The notes beneath the pieces were generated by a model. It was not told the DNA's origin, ran no database searches, and worked only from the letters and a program-made list of their open reading frames with translations. DNA of 63,739 bases, the filler included, from Guillardia theta CCMP2712 (lineage: Eukaryota > Protista > Cryptophyta), in the NCBI RefSeq assembly GCF_000315625.1. It is 9 parts of 9 records of this genome, joined end to end, with 100 filler letters (N's around TTAATTAATTAA, not from the genome) between each part and the next. Parts side by side here need not be neighbours in the genome. Positions count along the whole stretch, not along the records: positions 1 to 11,658 come from NW_005434592.1; positions 11,759 to 19,954 come from NW_005434459.1; 7 more parts are not named here. The stretch is one strand, 5' to 3'. A program made the position numbers and the translations under genes. This document shows positions 1-12,818 of the stretch, one piece after another; within the stretch, counting starts at the first letter, position 1; each line of letters begins with the position of its first letter.

Positions 1-547
1 CACGCACTTCAAGGCGGGAAGTGCAAACTAGCCGACACGACAGCATGCCCGAGCTCACTGCCATGCCTGTTCGTCCTCTCTCAGCCCGAGACTTGAGACG
101 AGCTGCGGGTACCTAGACCTCTTTCCTCCCTCATCTCCCCCTCCTCCATCATCTCGTTTCTCCTTGTTGTTGTTCCAGGCATCCGATCCCTCCCCTCCTC
201 CATCTCTCCCTCGATCGCTCTAGCATGAATTTCGTCTGACATGTTTGTACTCGTGTAGAGACAGGACCCAAGTCAAGTCGGCGCAACTCTGATCGAGCTT
301 TCTTCGATCCCTCACAAGACTTCCGGTGACGTTTTTCCCATTCCTCTTCCTCCTCTTCCTCCTCCTCGTTCTCCTTTCCTCCTCCTCCCCCTCCACCCCC
401 TCCTCCCCCTCAAGCTTCTTTCAGGCCACAGCCTTACCGCCATCAGTTGGAGCGGATGAAGAAAGCGTCTGCTGCCCTCCAGCACTCGCCGACCCCCAGA
501 GAGGCGACGACGTTCCTCTTCTGACCGCCATGGCGCAGCAGCTGTAA
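1..547 (+). CDS. 3' end of a multi-exon hypothetical gene (partial)
   Basis: Coding-like blocks separated by pyrimidine-rich GT..AG intervals; converges on the next gene. Reading frame not resolved. Confidence 0.3.
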
Positions 548-674
548 ACGTGTACAAAGATGGGAGAGGTGTAATCGACTGTAAACATGTTCATGTGTGA
601 GATAATGAATATCAGCAACTCAATTCATTACGATCATCTTGACTAGTTTTACATTAACCGAAGCAGGGCTCCTC

Positions 675-2340
675 TCAGTAGATCCATCCTGCCTGCATGT
701 AGACCGGAGGAGCGTCCATGGCCTGGCAGCGGACCCTCTGTGAGGGTCGTTGTTTGATATCCATGAGAGGGTAGGGAGAGACGGCGATGGCAGCAGCGGC
801 TCTCTTGACGCTGCCTTTCATCTGATAAGGAACGAGAATGCTCAGCTGGGGCTGATGCCTCGCCGGCAGCTCTTGACGGTATCGCTTGCTGGCGTTCACC
901 TCGCTTGATCGCCTATCTGACTGAACGATGGGCCTTGAAGTAGAACCTCGAGAGCTCTGAGAGCCTTGCGAGGTCAGCGAGCCTGGACGAGTTTGAGGTC
1001 GAGGAGTATCAAGATGGTCGACGTAGCTGACGTGACTGACTGGATGTGTGCGGGTCTTGTGGGTGCCTGAGGTGGTCAGGCCGAGGTTGGTGCCGTACTT
1101 GCGCAACAGGTCCTCCTCAAGCTTGTGCAGCGAGTGATGGTAGAGCTTGGCGATCTCAGGGGCCTCAGACACCTTGGCGGGGTTGTGCTTGAGGTAGAAC
1201 TGCTTGAGGTAGAACTCCACCTCCTTGCTGTGCAGCCTCGCAGGCGGAGCCGGGTTGTGCTTCGGGACGTGGCTTGTGAGGGGGGGACTGAACCTCCCGG
1301 CAGGTTGAGGATACCAAGAGTCCAGCGTGCTGCTGTTGCTTGCCACGACTATGTGCTCAGTTGAAGCATTCTGACAAGATCGAGAGCGTTAGCGATTCCG
1401 TGGCAACGTAAGGAGTGATACCTGATGATCAGTGCTCGATGCCACAACCATCTTGTTCCTCTCCATGAAGACAACCTTGCACGGACTAGATTGCGTGAGA
1501 ACGATGGCATCTTGAACGTCCTTCTCCTCGTCATCTGAAATCTTGGGGCTCTGAACGCAGCAGTCAACAGCAGCCAACACGATCAAGCAGATCGATCGCT
1601 CGTCGTCTAATGTCTCCTCACCTCAGTGACATGGTGCGAAAGCTTCGCCTTCTTCGACTCTTGCATGCTCCCGTCCTCCACGACCGTGGTGGAGTCCGAG
1701 GACAGCGAGCTGACGGCATCATCTGCTGCAAGTCAGGTCTCGTCGCATCACGGCATGCAGGGGCTGACCGATATCGAGCAAGATCGCTGCATTGACATCA
1801 TGCTCTTTGTCATCCACGCTCGTTAGAGTGGACCTCCAGTCCTGCCAGCCCACCGTTGGTTGGCTGCACATCTACATGGCAGTCAGAGCTGTGAAGCAAC
1901 ACAGCCGTCTAGCCGACCTGTACTTCAGCTGTGTTGACTCGATTCGATGCCATGGACAACATCTGCACTAAACCATGAGCTCATTCTGAAGTTTCTTCGA
2001 ACTTGGTATTGATGAATTCGCTTTGTTTGAATCAGGTGTCTTTCACAGAACTTGTAGCTTCTTTCAAGAATGTCGTTTACAGAGCTATCAGTCGAGAATC
2101 GTTGAAATCCATTGTTCATGATTTCGATTTCTCATCTGGCCTCTCAACATATGACTTCACCTTCTCACATACTGAAATCTCTCCGCAGCAAATGAACTGA
2201 TCTTCTCACCATGACTCGCAACATTATCCAACACTCCGCTCATAATTTCACTGCATCTCCACGTCCTTGGTTCCTGTGCACGTCCTGCTGCTGCACTACA
2301 ACCTCACACTCTCAGAGGCGTTCTAATTATCCTCATATCC
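675..2340 (-). CDS. Multi-exon hypothetical protein with a small helical 'FY.KHNP.K....I...Y....L...L..KYG' module
   Basis: ORF 675-1346 contains EFYLKQFYLKHNPAKVSEAPEIAKLYHHSLHKLEEDLLRKYG, a module recurrent in protist proteins. Upstream coding-like exons lie at ~1420-1570, ~1620-1830 and ~1920-2300; the start is uncertain. Confidence 0.5.
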
Positions 2341-2579
2341 ATCGTCATTTTATCTTCACATGTTTCTAGTTATGATCGATAGCGACTGAAGCATTGGACC
2401 CTATCTCATGCCCTCTCCACCTCTCTTTGTTTCTCTTCGCTCCTCTTGTCTCATCTCCTCGCTCCTCTTGTCTCATCCTCGATCTCTTTCACTCTCTTCA
2501 TTTCGTTCGTCTTTTCCTCTCTCGCTCGCATTCTCTTCGCTGTCGTAATGCCCGATGTTTGCATTCCCTAAGGCTAGTC

Positions 2580-3780
2580 CTATTGCCACCCCTTTCGTGA
2601 CCCACCCCCACCCCTCTCCCCTGGTACATCCCATCCCGATTCGACTTTATGAACGCTACCCCCACCCCTTCTTGGATGGATCCAACCACCCCTTGCATCC
2701 CCTTCGGCGACCACCCCGTCAGGATTCGAGCCTCTTTGAAAATTGTCATGAAATTTACGGTTCTCCAGGGGGTGGGTTATGGTACCCACCCTCCCACAAC
2801 CACTTACGACTGAGTAGATCGGACCACCCCCGTCACGCCAACTCGGTACCCCACCCCTTGACCCCCCGGTGCTACCGTGATCAGACCTCCTTGGGGTGCG
2901 GCAAAGCCTGACAACGGCGTTGGGATTCTCACTAGGGGTACTTTAGCAGCTTAAAGAAGGGGTGATATGGTTACAAATATCCATCAGCCTGCGCGGGAGG
3001 GGTAGTCCGATGGTACGTGACCAATGATTTCGTCCGCCCCACACCCACCCTACCCTTGAGTCGGCAGTGATTTCTATCTTCCAGTACCCCACCCTACATT
3101 AAAACTTTTGACTCCTTTAGAGTTTTCGCCCCTACCCCCTTTCAGAGATCCGCCACGTAAACCGGAACTGTACCAGTCACGTGGGCCTACAAATACTGGT
3201 AGAAACTGTGTAGCAATTCTGGGAGGGGAGGGGGAGGGGTTGTAGGATGAGTCTCGGAAAGGACCGCAGCTCATAAATGAGGGGGTAGGGGTGGGGTGAG
3301 GCTCTGGGGCCTTGGCGATGTGAGTTGAAGATCACGAGGTTCTGGCGACCAGCGGCCACCAGAGGTGATGGCCCAGCCAGAGCTGTCTAGGTCGAGGGTA
3401 GTGCTCTCTTACTTAGTGATTCAATCGATAAATAATCTGAGTCTGATAGGAGCTCAGGGTGCAGAACTTTACTGTCACTTTCACGCTGTTGTAAACTGGA
3501 GGATATCCATGATGACATACGAGTTGGAATCTGGCAGCCTACCTACCCCCTGACCGCACTCTGACTCCCACCCCTTCAAACACCACCCCCTCGATCAAAT
3601 TCAGCGTCATGGTCACTATCGCCACCCCCGCATGGCACCGTTGTACGGTACTCTCACCCCGGCCGGTCACCCGAGTCGGGGTGGGGGGTACCATTTCCAT
3701 ACACCGGTAGTTCTTACTCATGACTACCCTACCGTTGGGCCCAACTTCCGATGTTCCGACTTCCGACTCACCGTACTGAC
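2580..3780. other. TACCCC/CACCCC- and GGGGTA-rich intergenic tract
   Basis: Dense C4-5/G4-5 runs preceded by TA/CA; no credible ORF. Confidence 0.6.
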
Positions 3781-4885
3781 AGGACTTGGGCCCCATGACC
3801 GATGACCCGTCGGAGGGGGGCCCGGGGGTCCGAGCAAGCCTACTACTCACTTTGAGTAAAGACTCACCCGCTCAGCTCAGCCTGTCCCGCTGGTCCGATC
3901 CCCGGCGGGGGGTGGGAAAGGTACCGTACCGTACCGTACGGACATGATCGGACCGTACAGGGTACTGAACTCGGAATGGCCCTACCGTGTGATCATGGTA
4001 CCGGACCCGGGAGGCGTCAGTGACAGTCAGAGGTATCTGATTGGAGGCCGCGGCCTTTTTGAGAGTTGATTTGGGACCTTTTTTTTTTCTTTACTTCCGA
4101 TCACTGTCACTCTGTTACTCTTTACTCAAAGTTGAGTTAAAATTCAGTACGAGGACATTTGCCAGTCGTCACTCACCGGTGGCACCGGCGCTGCACTCCG
4201 ACACAGGCTGCCGCCGAGTCCGTCAGGCACCGTCGGTACCTGCCGGTACTGGCGGCAGACTGTCACTCAGCCGTCGGCCGAGAGGCCGAGTCACGTTGAG
4301 AGTCTCGGAGCGCCGCGGTCACCGGGTGCAGGCCGACCTTTCCGACCTTTTCAGTCCCGGCCGGGCCGTCCAACGGTTCAACGGTTCAAGTCCCGAGTGG
4401 CCCCGGGCCGGGCCGCGCCCGCGGCCGCCGCTGGCCCCCCCAGAGCCGAGTCACGACGGTCACCGGCACCTGACTCAGTGAGCCGCGCACTGCGGCACTG
4501 GCCGTGACGGTGACTGTGACCGTACGGTGACTGCCAGTTGGCATGCCATGATGACATTCGCCGGGACTGAGCCTGAGGGACCGGTGACCCCGCCCCGGCG
4601 GCGCCGGCGGCTCGGCGGCACTCAGCGCGCGGCCGGGCCGGCGGCCGCGGGCGGCGCCGTCACAGTCACGGTGGCACCGGATCGGACGGTACGGTCACGG
4701 TCGTACCCCGGGCGGCCGCTCGTACCCGGTAGTTCGGTGAGTTCCCGAAGTCACGGAATCCGGCCCGGCCGCCGCCCGGCGATGGCATGGGCCTGACTCT
4801 CACGGTCAGTGCCACCATGTACGGTGAGTAGCTCCCGGCTCGGAGTCCGAGTCCGACGCGGCCGGCGGAAGCCAAGTTCGCCGCG
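3780..4885. other. GC-rich intergenic island 1 with the conserved AT-rich motif at 4121-4156
   Basis: Rich in CCGG, GGCC, GAGTC/GACTC, GTCAC/GTGAC and CCGTACGG; contains TTTACTCAAAGTTGAGTTAAAATTCAGTACGAGGAC. Confidence 0.7.
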
Positions 4886-5046
4886 GGCCAATCATCATAA
4901 TAATGTACAAAAGTTCACTGATGCGGTTCAGTTATGTAGTAGTACAGTTAAGAATTCTACAACAAATTGGCAAGAGCGATGCCATGTACATTACTGAGCT
5001 TATTGCAGTTGCCTCAAATAGTGTCTTGGCTCGATCTCCTGTCCTC

Positions 5047-7264
5047 TTACTTCACGTCAACAGCAGGTTGCATCATGGAATCATGCATTCCGTTCATGCC
5101 ATTCACGTTGGAAAAGCCTGGGATACACAATCAATCAATCACGTTCAGTTTGTCAGACTCGCAGTCATCACCTTGCATGCCATACGCTCCCATCAGATCC
5201 ATGCCGTACATGGATGCATTTGCTGGCATATAACTGAAGGCACCAGACCCATTCTGATAAGCACCGGCAGCAGAAGCCATCTTCATCATATCGCGATAAT
5301 TGTTCATGTCTGGGTGCATCATATGGGGCGCGTTGGGCATATTTCCAGTGAATGTTTGCTTCTGTGCAGACAGGATTATTTTTGACCCTCAACAGAAAAC
5401 AGTTTCAGGACTGACCTTATTGAGGTTGGAATATCCCTTCTGACCACTGAAGGCATTTTGTTGCGGATATGGTTGTCCTCCATACATCTGACCGTGCACC
5501 GCACCATAATTGGTGAATTGGACGGGAAACATGGGAGTCATCTACCAACTAACATCATTTACAATATAGGGCTATTGATAGACAGACCTGTGTTGGAGCC
5601 ATGTTCCAGTTCATCATGTTCGCTTGCCAATTCATCATGGTAGCCTGTTGCATCATTTGCTGCTGTACACTTGCAGCCCCCGCGTTCTGTTTCATCGACA
5701 TCTGGCTCTGACCATCCCTGTTGACCCCATATGAATCCATGCGAGACTGCCCATTGACCTGAGGCAGCCTGCTCTGGTTTGAAAACATTCCACTCGCTCC
5801 CATGCCATACATCGGTACCCCGCTGTCGGCAGGAATATTTGCAGAACTTTGAACACCCATCGCCGACGACATCATTCCCATGGGATACATCTTTTGAAAC
5901 TGGTCGTGCGCAATATTCTGATTGAGGTCTTGATGCGCAGGATTGATCTGTGCAGGATTTGTATCGTTCTTGCCAAGAGTGTGTTCCTCCGCAAAACTGC
6001 ATAATTCCTACTTACAAACGCTTCCTTGATATACACAAGTCTTACCTCGAAGACGTGTTAGGCAAAATGTTGGCATTTTGGTTCTCTTCTTTGCGGTTGA
6101 CTTCGACTTCAAGCAGATTCTCGCTTTGGGTGTTCTGCGATGATTTCGCCGACTGTTGAGGTTCAAGAGCTCGTTGATCTGAGTTGGCGCTTGCCGGGTC
6201 TGTAAAAGAGTGTCAGTAAAATGACAAATGAATTCAACATCAAATGAGTAGAAAATCTACCCAAAGTATCCATGGATGCCGCATTTGCAGAACCATCTGC
6301 ATCGTTCTTGCCGTTTTCGCTCTTTTGACTCGTTGATGCTGGAGAAATCGGCTTTGGTGCAAACAAAGATTTGCTCTCAGCAGCATTACTCCAAGCTGGA
6401 GTAGTGCGTGAAGGCAATGGTGGGCTGGCATTGTTCTGCTTCAAGTATTAAAAATAAACTTTAACCAGGAATTCATGTCCAACCGTTTCTGCCGAGCGAA
6501 CGGGAGACGGCGTGGAAGCCATGCCTCCTTGGCTGGAGGCTTCAAGTTCTTGAGAGCGCACTTGCTCTGGGCCAGGAGATTTCTTTGAGCGGTAACCACT
6601 ATCAGGTGACTGGGCAAATGTGCTCGATCTGGAGAAAAAGTCAGATATTGCGCTACTTCATGGTCACAGCCAACCGGTCAGAATGTGCATTCCTGTCCTG
6701 CCCGGAAGGAGACTTCGACTTGTCCTTAGCAAAGTTTCTCTTCTTGTCACCATGCTTGTCATCTGCATGTACCTCTTTCAGACACTGATCGCGATCGACG
6801 AGTCTATGGTTACCCTTGTTCCTTTGCCCTCGGCCCTTTGGTGATTTCTCATCCTTGCTCGGAGACTTGTCAGACTTCTTCTTGCTGCGAGTGGTAGTGG
6901 TCCAAGTGCATCCTATCAAGTGATGAGTCAGTGATGTATCACGAATGACAGAGAGGGGAACAATCTCTAATGATAATCTCTCATGATCTTCATCTGACAT
7001 CTACACTAGGGCAAGACGATCGGGTGTGTAACTTACTGGTCAACTCCTCCTCCAACTCGGAGAAAGCCTTGTCATGATCCATGTTGTTGTTCTCAAGGGC
7101 ATCCATGACACGCTGTTCAGGAATAACATCGGTACCTTCGCTTGCAGGTCAGAACCCTTTCATCTTGCCAGGGCGAACAAACCTCCGAATCTCGCATTAA
7201 GAACTTCAAGGAGGACTTTGCAGCTGCTGGCAGCGGCGTCATCAACTTTGGACGCGGGAGGCAT
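5047..7264 (-). CDS. N-terminal UBA-like domain, low-complexity (M/Q/G/N-rich) protein, UBAP2/GIP1/Def1-like architecture
   Basis: Spliced: MPPASKVDD...ARFG|TDVIPEQRVMDALENNNMDHDKAFSELEEELT|..CTWTTTTRSKKK. The AL..NNMD...A...L pattern followed by W....KKK matches the UBAP2/GIP1 N-terminus. A prion-like C-terminus ends ...MMQPAVDVK* (TAA at 5047-5049). Confidence 0.6.
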
Positions 7265-8021
7265 GGAGGACGAGATCAGATGGATACGCTTCTGTCGGGT
7301 CGATCACGAGTGGGGTGGCGAGGGGGAGGAGAGGGGCGGCAGGGAGACTTGCTGGCTCGCGAACGGAGGGGGCGGTGGTGGAAGAGGGGATCGGGCTGTG
7401 GAAGGCGGGAAAACAGCCCCCTCGGGGGGTAGGGTAGTACAAGTTGCACTGTCATAGTGGGTGGTTGGATATTGGTACGGGTACTTTAACAATGAAAATT
7501 TAGGGTACTTGCCTCAATGGCTCACGGGAGTGGGTAGGGTAGATGGTGAGAGGCTTTTTTGGGGCGGAGGGGAGGGTCCGTTTTCCCGCCCTTTTTCCCA
7601 TTTTTGTGGGTCGCATTTTAAAAGTAGGCGACTGAAATTTAAAGGTTTCCTTGGTCTGGTAGTTTCTGGGGAAAGTGGTGATATTAATAAAACTAAATTA
7701 TTTTTAATGGCCACAATCCCTCTAAGAACTGGAATAAACTATTGTAAAATTTCTCACTCTTCCATTATAAAAATGCCCCTTTTGTACCAGAAATTGTACT
7801 GGCGCCAAAACGGTTAAAACCATTCCAGCACGCGAGCATTTCAGGCCCAGCGGTAGCGAGGAAGAGGAGGCAAGGACAGAGGAGACAAGGATAGGTGCGG
7901 GCGGGCGGGGGTGAGGATGGGAGAGGTTGTCGGATCAGGGAGGGAGTGAGAGGAAGAGAGTGTAGTTGCGTGTAGCAGTAGACGAGGAGAGAGTGCTGTG
8001 AAGGAGAAGAAGTTGACAAGA

Positions 8022-8501
8022 ATGCTGGGGCAAGCACAACCTGTCCCTTGCTGACTCCGTTGGCTCAGGAATCAACAAAGGAAGCGAGCAGCTAGGTTCA
8101 GGATACATCGAATCATCGAGCTGTGCAGGTACGAGCTCGACGGCGACCCTCTCCCACCATTGCATGTGCCCTATGATTACTCCTTCAAACATAGAAAATC
8201 AAAATCAAGTCTGAGAACCCTTGAGGATAACGTTGTAATGAGGGGCTGTGCCTGTGTTGTCTGCACGTTCTAGCAGCGACTTGATTTCCTCCTGACGGAC
8301 CATGCAGGTCACTGCAGAGCCGGTTGCCCGCCCACCTCCCCGTTCCACCTTGGAAGTCTTTTTAGTCTTTAATGATCTACACTGCAAGCGTCTTGAATGA
8401 AACTGTGAGGAGCTTGACAGGCAAAGTTGAGAGGTGTGTGTGCGGGACGGTATCAGCTGCATCTCTTGCAGAGCTTCTCCTCTTTCATGCAACTTTCCTG
8501 A
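8022..8501 (+). CDS. Possible small multi-exon hypothetical gene
   Basis: Tentative splice gives MLG|NQQRKRAARFRIHRIIELCR|KSKSSLRTLEDNV|...; needs a GC donor and has no recognisable homology. Confidence 0.25.
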
Positions 8502-8535
8502 GAGCTCCATGGCACCGACTTGGTTCTGGAGAGTC

Positions 8536-11065
8536 TCATGGTACTGCCCCGTAGTATCCAGCGAGGCGCTCGGGGCCGTAGGAGGAGTTGGAAGGATTTT
8601 TGCCCTTGGACTGCAGGAGGGTCAGGGGTGCAGGATAAAGGAGGGGAGTGGGAAGGAATGGAAAGGAGCAGGAGTTCGAGGAGGGTGTGGAGGCAGTGGG
8701 AGAGGGAGAGGGAGGGGGAGAGGGAGAGGGAGAGGGAGAGGGAGAGGGAGAGGGAGAGGGGGAGGGGGAGGGAGGAGGGGAGGAGGAGGAAGGAGAGAGT
8801 GGGGGTGCAGGGGAGGGGAAGCGAGCATTTTGCATCACCTTAGACCGCGCGAGTTTCTCTTCCCTCTCGTGCCGACGTTGGTAGTAGAGGTTGGCAAAGA
8901 TGCCGATGACGCTGCAAAGGACCTGAAGGCAGGGCTGAGCGGAAGGAGAGCGCGAGAGAGCATCGCTCACAGCGAAAGTGAGGATCATGATGGCGCCCTC
9001 TACCAGCATCCCGCTGCCTCCTGATGATCCTCCTCCGAAGGTGCACCTGTTTCACGTCTTGAGCTCTCCTGGTGCTGCTGCTGCTCCTCCCCCCTCCCCC
9101 TCCACAGCTCTTTCTTCCTACTCTCTGTTTCCCGCCTCCCTCCCTTCTTCTTCTCCCTCATCCCTGAGCGCCCTCGATCAACTTACTTGCCGTACGACGG
9201 TGCGTTGGGGATGCAGCGCGTGAAGATGCCGAAGACACTGGAGCCTGTGGCATGGTGAGACGATTGAGAGAAGCGAAGAGAGGGTGGGAGAGGGAGAGGG
9301 GAGGGAAGGAAACAGAGATTGGGGAAATGAGAGAGATGGGGAGAAAATCGTTGAGGTTGTGCAGGAGAGCGCCCTGGAGGAGGAGACCTGTGTCAAAGAT
9401 CACGGTGAACTGCTGGCGCGGAGTCCCGACGGACACGTTGATGAAGTACTAAAACACAATGTGAGAAAAGAGGGAGAGGGAGAGGGGGAGGGAGAGGGGG
9501 AGGGGAGGGAGGAGGAAGAGGGGGAGGGGGAGGAAGGAGGGGGANNNNNNNNNNNNNNNNNNNNNNNNNNNNNNNNNNNNNNNNNNNNNNNNNNNNNNNN
9601 NNNNNNNNNNNNNNNNNNNNNNNNNNNNNNNNNNNNNNNNNNNNAGAGGAGGACGAGTAGAGACCAAGACGCAGAGAGTAAGAAGGAGGAGGAGGAGGAG
9701 GAAGAGAGGAGGTAGGTAGCAAAGGAGGGAAGGGGAACGAGAGGAACAAGAGAGTTTGGATTCCAAGAAACGGAGCATGTTGATAAGACCTTGGAGATAG
9801 TCGCATGGCGCTGAGCTGGGATGTAGTTCTTGTTCTGCTTGCCGATGCCGATGACTACTGTCTCGGGATAGTGCCTGGTAGACGGAACATACTTACTTCC
9901 TCCTCCTCCTCCTCCTCCTCCTCCTCCCTTTCCTCTTCCTCGAATTCCTGTAACCCTCTGCCACTCCACTTCATTGTTGCCTTCCCTCCCCCTATTCCTG
10001 ATTTCCCCTCTCATCTTAACTTCACAACTCCTTTCCCCTTCCCTTCCCCTTTCCCTGGGCAGCCCTCCTCCTCCCTGCTCCTCCTCACCTGAGGTCGAAC
10101 AGTACCACAAAACGGCGAAAGAGAACGTCGCCGATAAGAAGACCTCCGAAGCCAGGAGGAGCCTGAGAAAGAGAGTGAGCACGAGCAGAGGAGACAAGCG
10201 AGGACAAAGCCGAGAAGACGAAGAGAGGACAAGACGGAGTTAGGTAGACGAGGAGGGTAGGAGGAAAGAGAAGAAGAAGACAGGAAGGAGAAGGAGACAA
10301 AGAGGTACGACAAGGAGGAGGAGGAGGAGGAGGGTGAGGAGGATAGGCAGGCAGGTAGGTAGGTAGGTAGGACCTTCTGGACGCAGGATTGGTTGGAGAG
10401 GGACAGCCACCAATCGTCGTAGGGGATCTCAAACGTGGCGCCTGGGTTGCCGCGTCAGGTTGCAAGGGAGGAGGAGGTGGTGAGAGCTGATGGCCGTCGC
10501 TGCAGCACCTGCGATGTTGAGGTAGAAACTTTCCTTGACGGCAGGCTTGTGGGTGTTCTTGACGAGGCCCTTCCACTGGTGCCGGGGCGAGTCAAGGGAG
10601 GCAGGGCACTGAAAGATCTGCTCCTTACCTTGGCGTACGGGGACTCCTTGAACAGCCCGTTCATGGTGTTGTCCGGCATGACAAGGCAGCTGATGGGGGG
10701 GGAGGGAGACGTCAGGAGGAGGGTTTGAGAGGGAGGAAGGGAGGAGGAGAAGATGACGGTGGGATGGGTTATGATGGTGGGATGGGAAAAGAACTTGTTG
10801 CAATGTTGATGACAAGAACAAACATAGGCCTTCACCTGGTCCCGCTGTCCATGATGGCAGGGAGGTAGCGAAGACGCTGGGGATGTGAAGTGAGCGACGA
10901 AAAACAAAATTTCCTTCCTCTTACGGGATTCTTCGGAGTGAACTCCAAGAGCTCAACGTCCCCGAACCTGAACATAACCACATCAACCAGCCATGTGGTC
11001 GATGATTACATGCCATCATCGTCAACATTACAACACTATCGTTATCAACATTACTATCATTGTAG

Positions 11066-11108
<43 letters not shown>

Positions 11109-11515
11109 TTTCATCTCACTTGAGCGAGAGCGCAACGACGACATAATCGTTGATCGTAATCGAGGGTGTGAGGAACATCTACGGACCAAAAGTCAACCCC
11201 TTCCTCCTCCTCCTCCTCCTCCTGCTCCTGCTCCTCCTGCTCCTCCTGCTGCTCCTGCTCCTCCTTCCTGCTCCTGCTCCTGCTCCTGTTCCTGCTCTCC
11301 AGCTCATCCTCTTCACCTTGCCGTTGACTGCCGCCGGGTCGTAACCCCCGAGTTGGATCTCAGCTTTACACTCTCTCTGAGGAGACTGACGGCAAAAATC
11401 AATCTTGACAGTTCTTCCCAGCTCAAGTCCACCTGCTCCCTGCTGTGCGTCGTGTTGCAGTCGGTCGAGAGGAAAGAGAAGGCGCGTCGACGGAGAAACT
11501 TGTTCCTGATCGACC
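8536..11515 (-). CDS. Pepsin-family (A1) aspartic protease with C-terminal transmembrane anchor, 5'-truncated by scaffold end
   Basis: Spliced exons: AFSFLST..|..EIQLGGYDP..|MFLTPSITINDYVVVALSLK|FGDVELL..|LPAIMDSGTS|CLVMP..|..FEIPYDDWW..|GLLIGDVLFRRFVVLFDL|..|YFINVSVGTPRQQFTVIFDTG|SSVFGIF..|..GAIMILTFA|VLCSVIGIFANLYYQRR..|..GYYGAVP*. Confidence 0.85.
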
Positions 11516-11658
11516 CTTGAGAAGGAGGAGCGGGGAGGAGGAGCAAGAAGAGGAGGAGGGAGTGGAGGGAAGGGAGGGAAAGGGAGGGAGGGAAGGGAGG
11601 GAGGGAAGGGAGGGAGGTTGGAGTGGATGGATGGATGGAGTGGAGTGGAGTGGAGGGA

Positions 11659-11758
11659 NNNNNNNNNNNNNNNNNNNNNNNNNNNNNNNNNNNNNNNNNN
11701 NNTTAATTAATTAANNNNNNNNNNNNNNNNNNNNNNNNNNNNNNNNNNNNNNNNNNNN
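11659..11758. other. Artificial scaffold linker (N44-TTAATTAATTAA-N44)
   Basis: Six-frame stop 12-mer flanked by fixed-length N runs; identical at 8 places. Confidence 0.95.
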
Positions 11759-11929
11759 TCCTCCTCCTCCTCTCCTCCTCCTCCCTCGTACCCCTCCTCC
11801 TCCCCCCTCCTCTCCTCTCCTCTCCTCTCCCCTTCCCTCTCCTTCCAGCTTCCCTCGCATATTCGCATGCGCATTTCCCCTCACTAGATGTTTCGAAATC
11901 ATCTCCCTCATACTGTCCCTCATAAGTCC

Positions 11930-12325
11930 CACGCAGCCTGCACGCAGCAGCCCACGCAGCAGCCCACCGGCGCAGTCCGACCGCCAGGCCCGGCACGGGC
12001 CGCCGCCGCCGGGCCCGGCCCCGGCTTTCACGCCTACTAAGTCAGCGGCTGGCCGCCCGGCGGTCACCGGGTGGGCAAGCCGGGACGGGCCAGTACGGTC
12101 ATTGTGTGGAGGAGCCGCTCGGACTCCGAGGCTCCGGGCCCCCGGCAATGATTGAAGTCGCTGAGCTTGAAGTCACTATTGCACTGAGTGCCACGGTGAC
12201 TGAGCCTCGGGACTGACTCAACCGTACGGTACCGTAAGCCATATTGATCAGGCCCGGGCACTCAGTTCAGTACAGCCCGCCATCTTACTTTACTCAAAAT
12301 TAAGTTAAAAAGCAGTACGAGCCAT
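11930..12325. other. GC-rich intergenic island 2 with the motif at 12289-12321
   Basis: Same vocabulary as island 1; contains TTTACTCAAAATTAAGTTAAAAAGCAGTACGAG. Confidence 0.7.
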
Positions 12326-12818
12326 CAGGTTACACTCTCTGTCTTTTCTGTACAGTGCGAGTCGCCGTGTGGCTAGAAGCTTGTTAACGGATCGCTGCCA
12401 GTAGTGTAAAGCCCGCAGGGGGCGGCAGTGGGCCGATCGCCGTGCAATCATAGACCCGGTCATCGACTCCCTTGCGAGCCTTCCAGAAGTTGACGGTTGC
12501 CATCAAGGTACGTGGTCAGTCACGACTTGGATGTTGAATTTCCTGCGAAAGTAATTTAAAGCGCACGGGGTTTTATCGGCACCGCCGGAAGCGACGCGAG
12601 TTTAGGGAGCCCCAAGTCTCTCCGGATCTCCAAGACAACGTAAAATTTGAAAAGACTTCTTTTCGAGGAATATCCCGTACCAAACGACTCCCTTAAGACC
12701 TTTTGACTGTTTAATGCTGGCACATCAGCTAAAAACAAATTTATGATGTCTAAAATAGTTTTAAGAACAGATATAACTGGGGGAATCACTTCGGTAAACG
12801 TCGTGACGCCCCGCCGCC

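Noticed and set aside
11703-11714. TTAATTAATTAA repeated eight times as a possible biological site
   Set aside because: Always centred in fixed 44-N flanks, so it is a concatenation linker; adjacency across it is meaningless.
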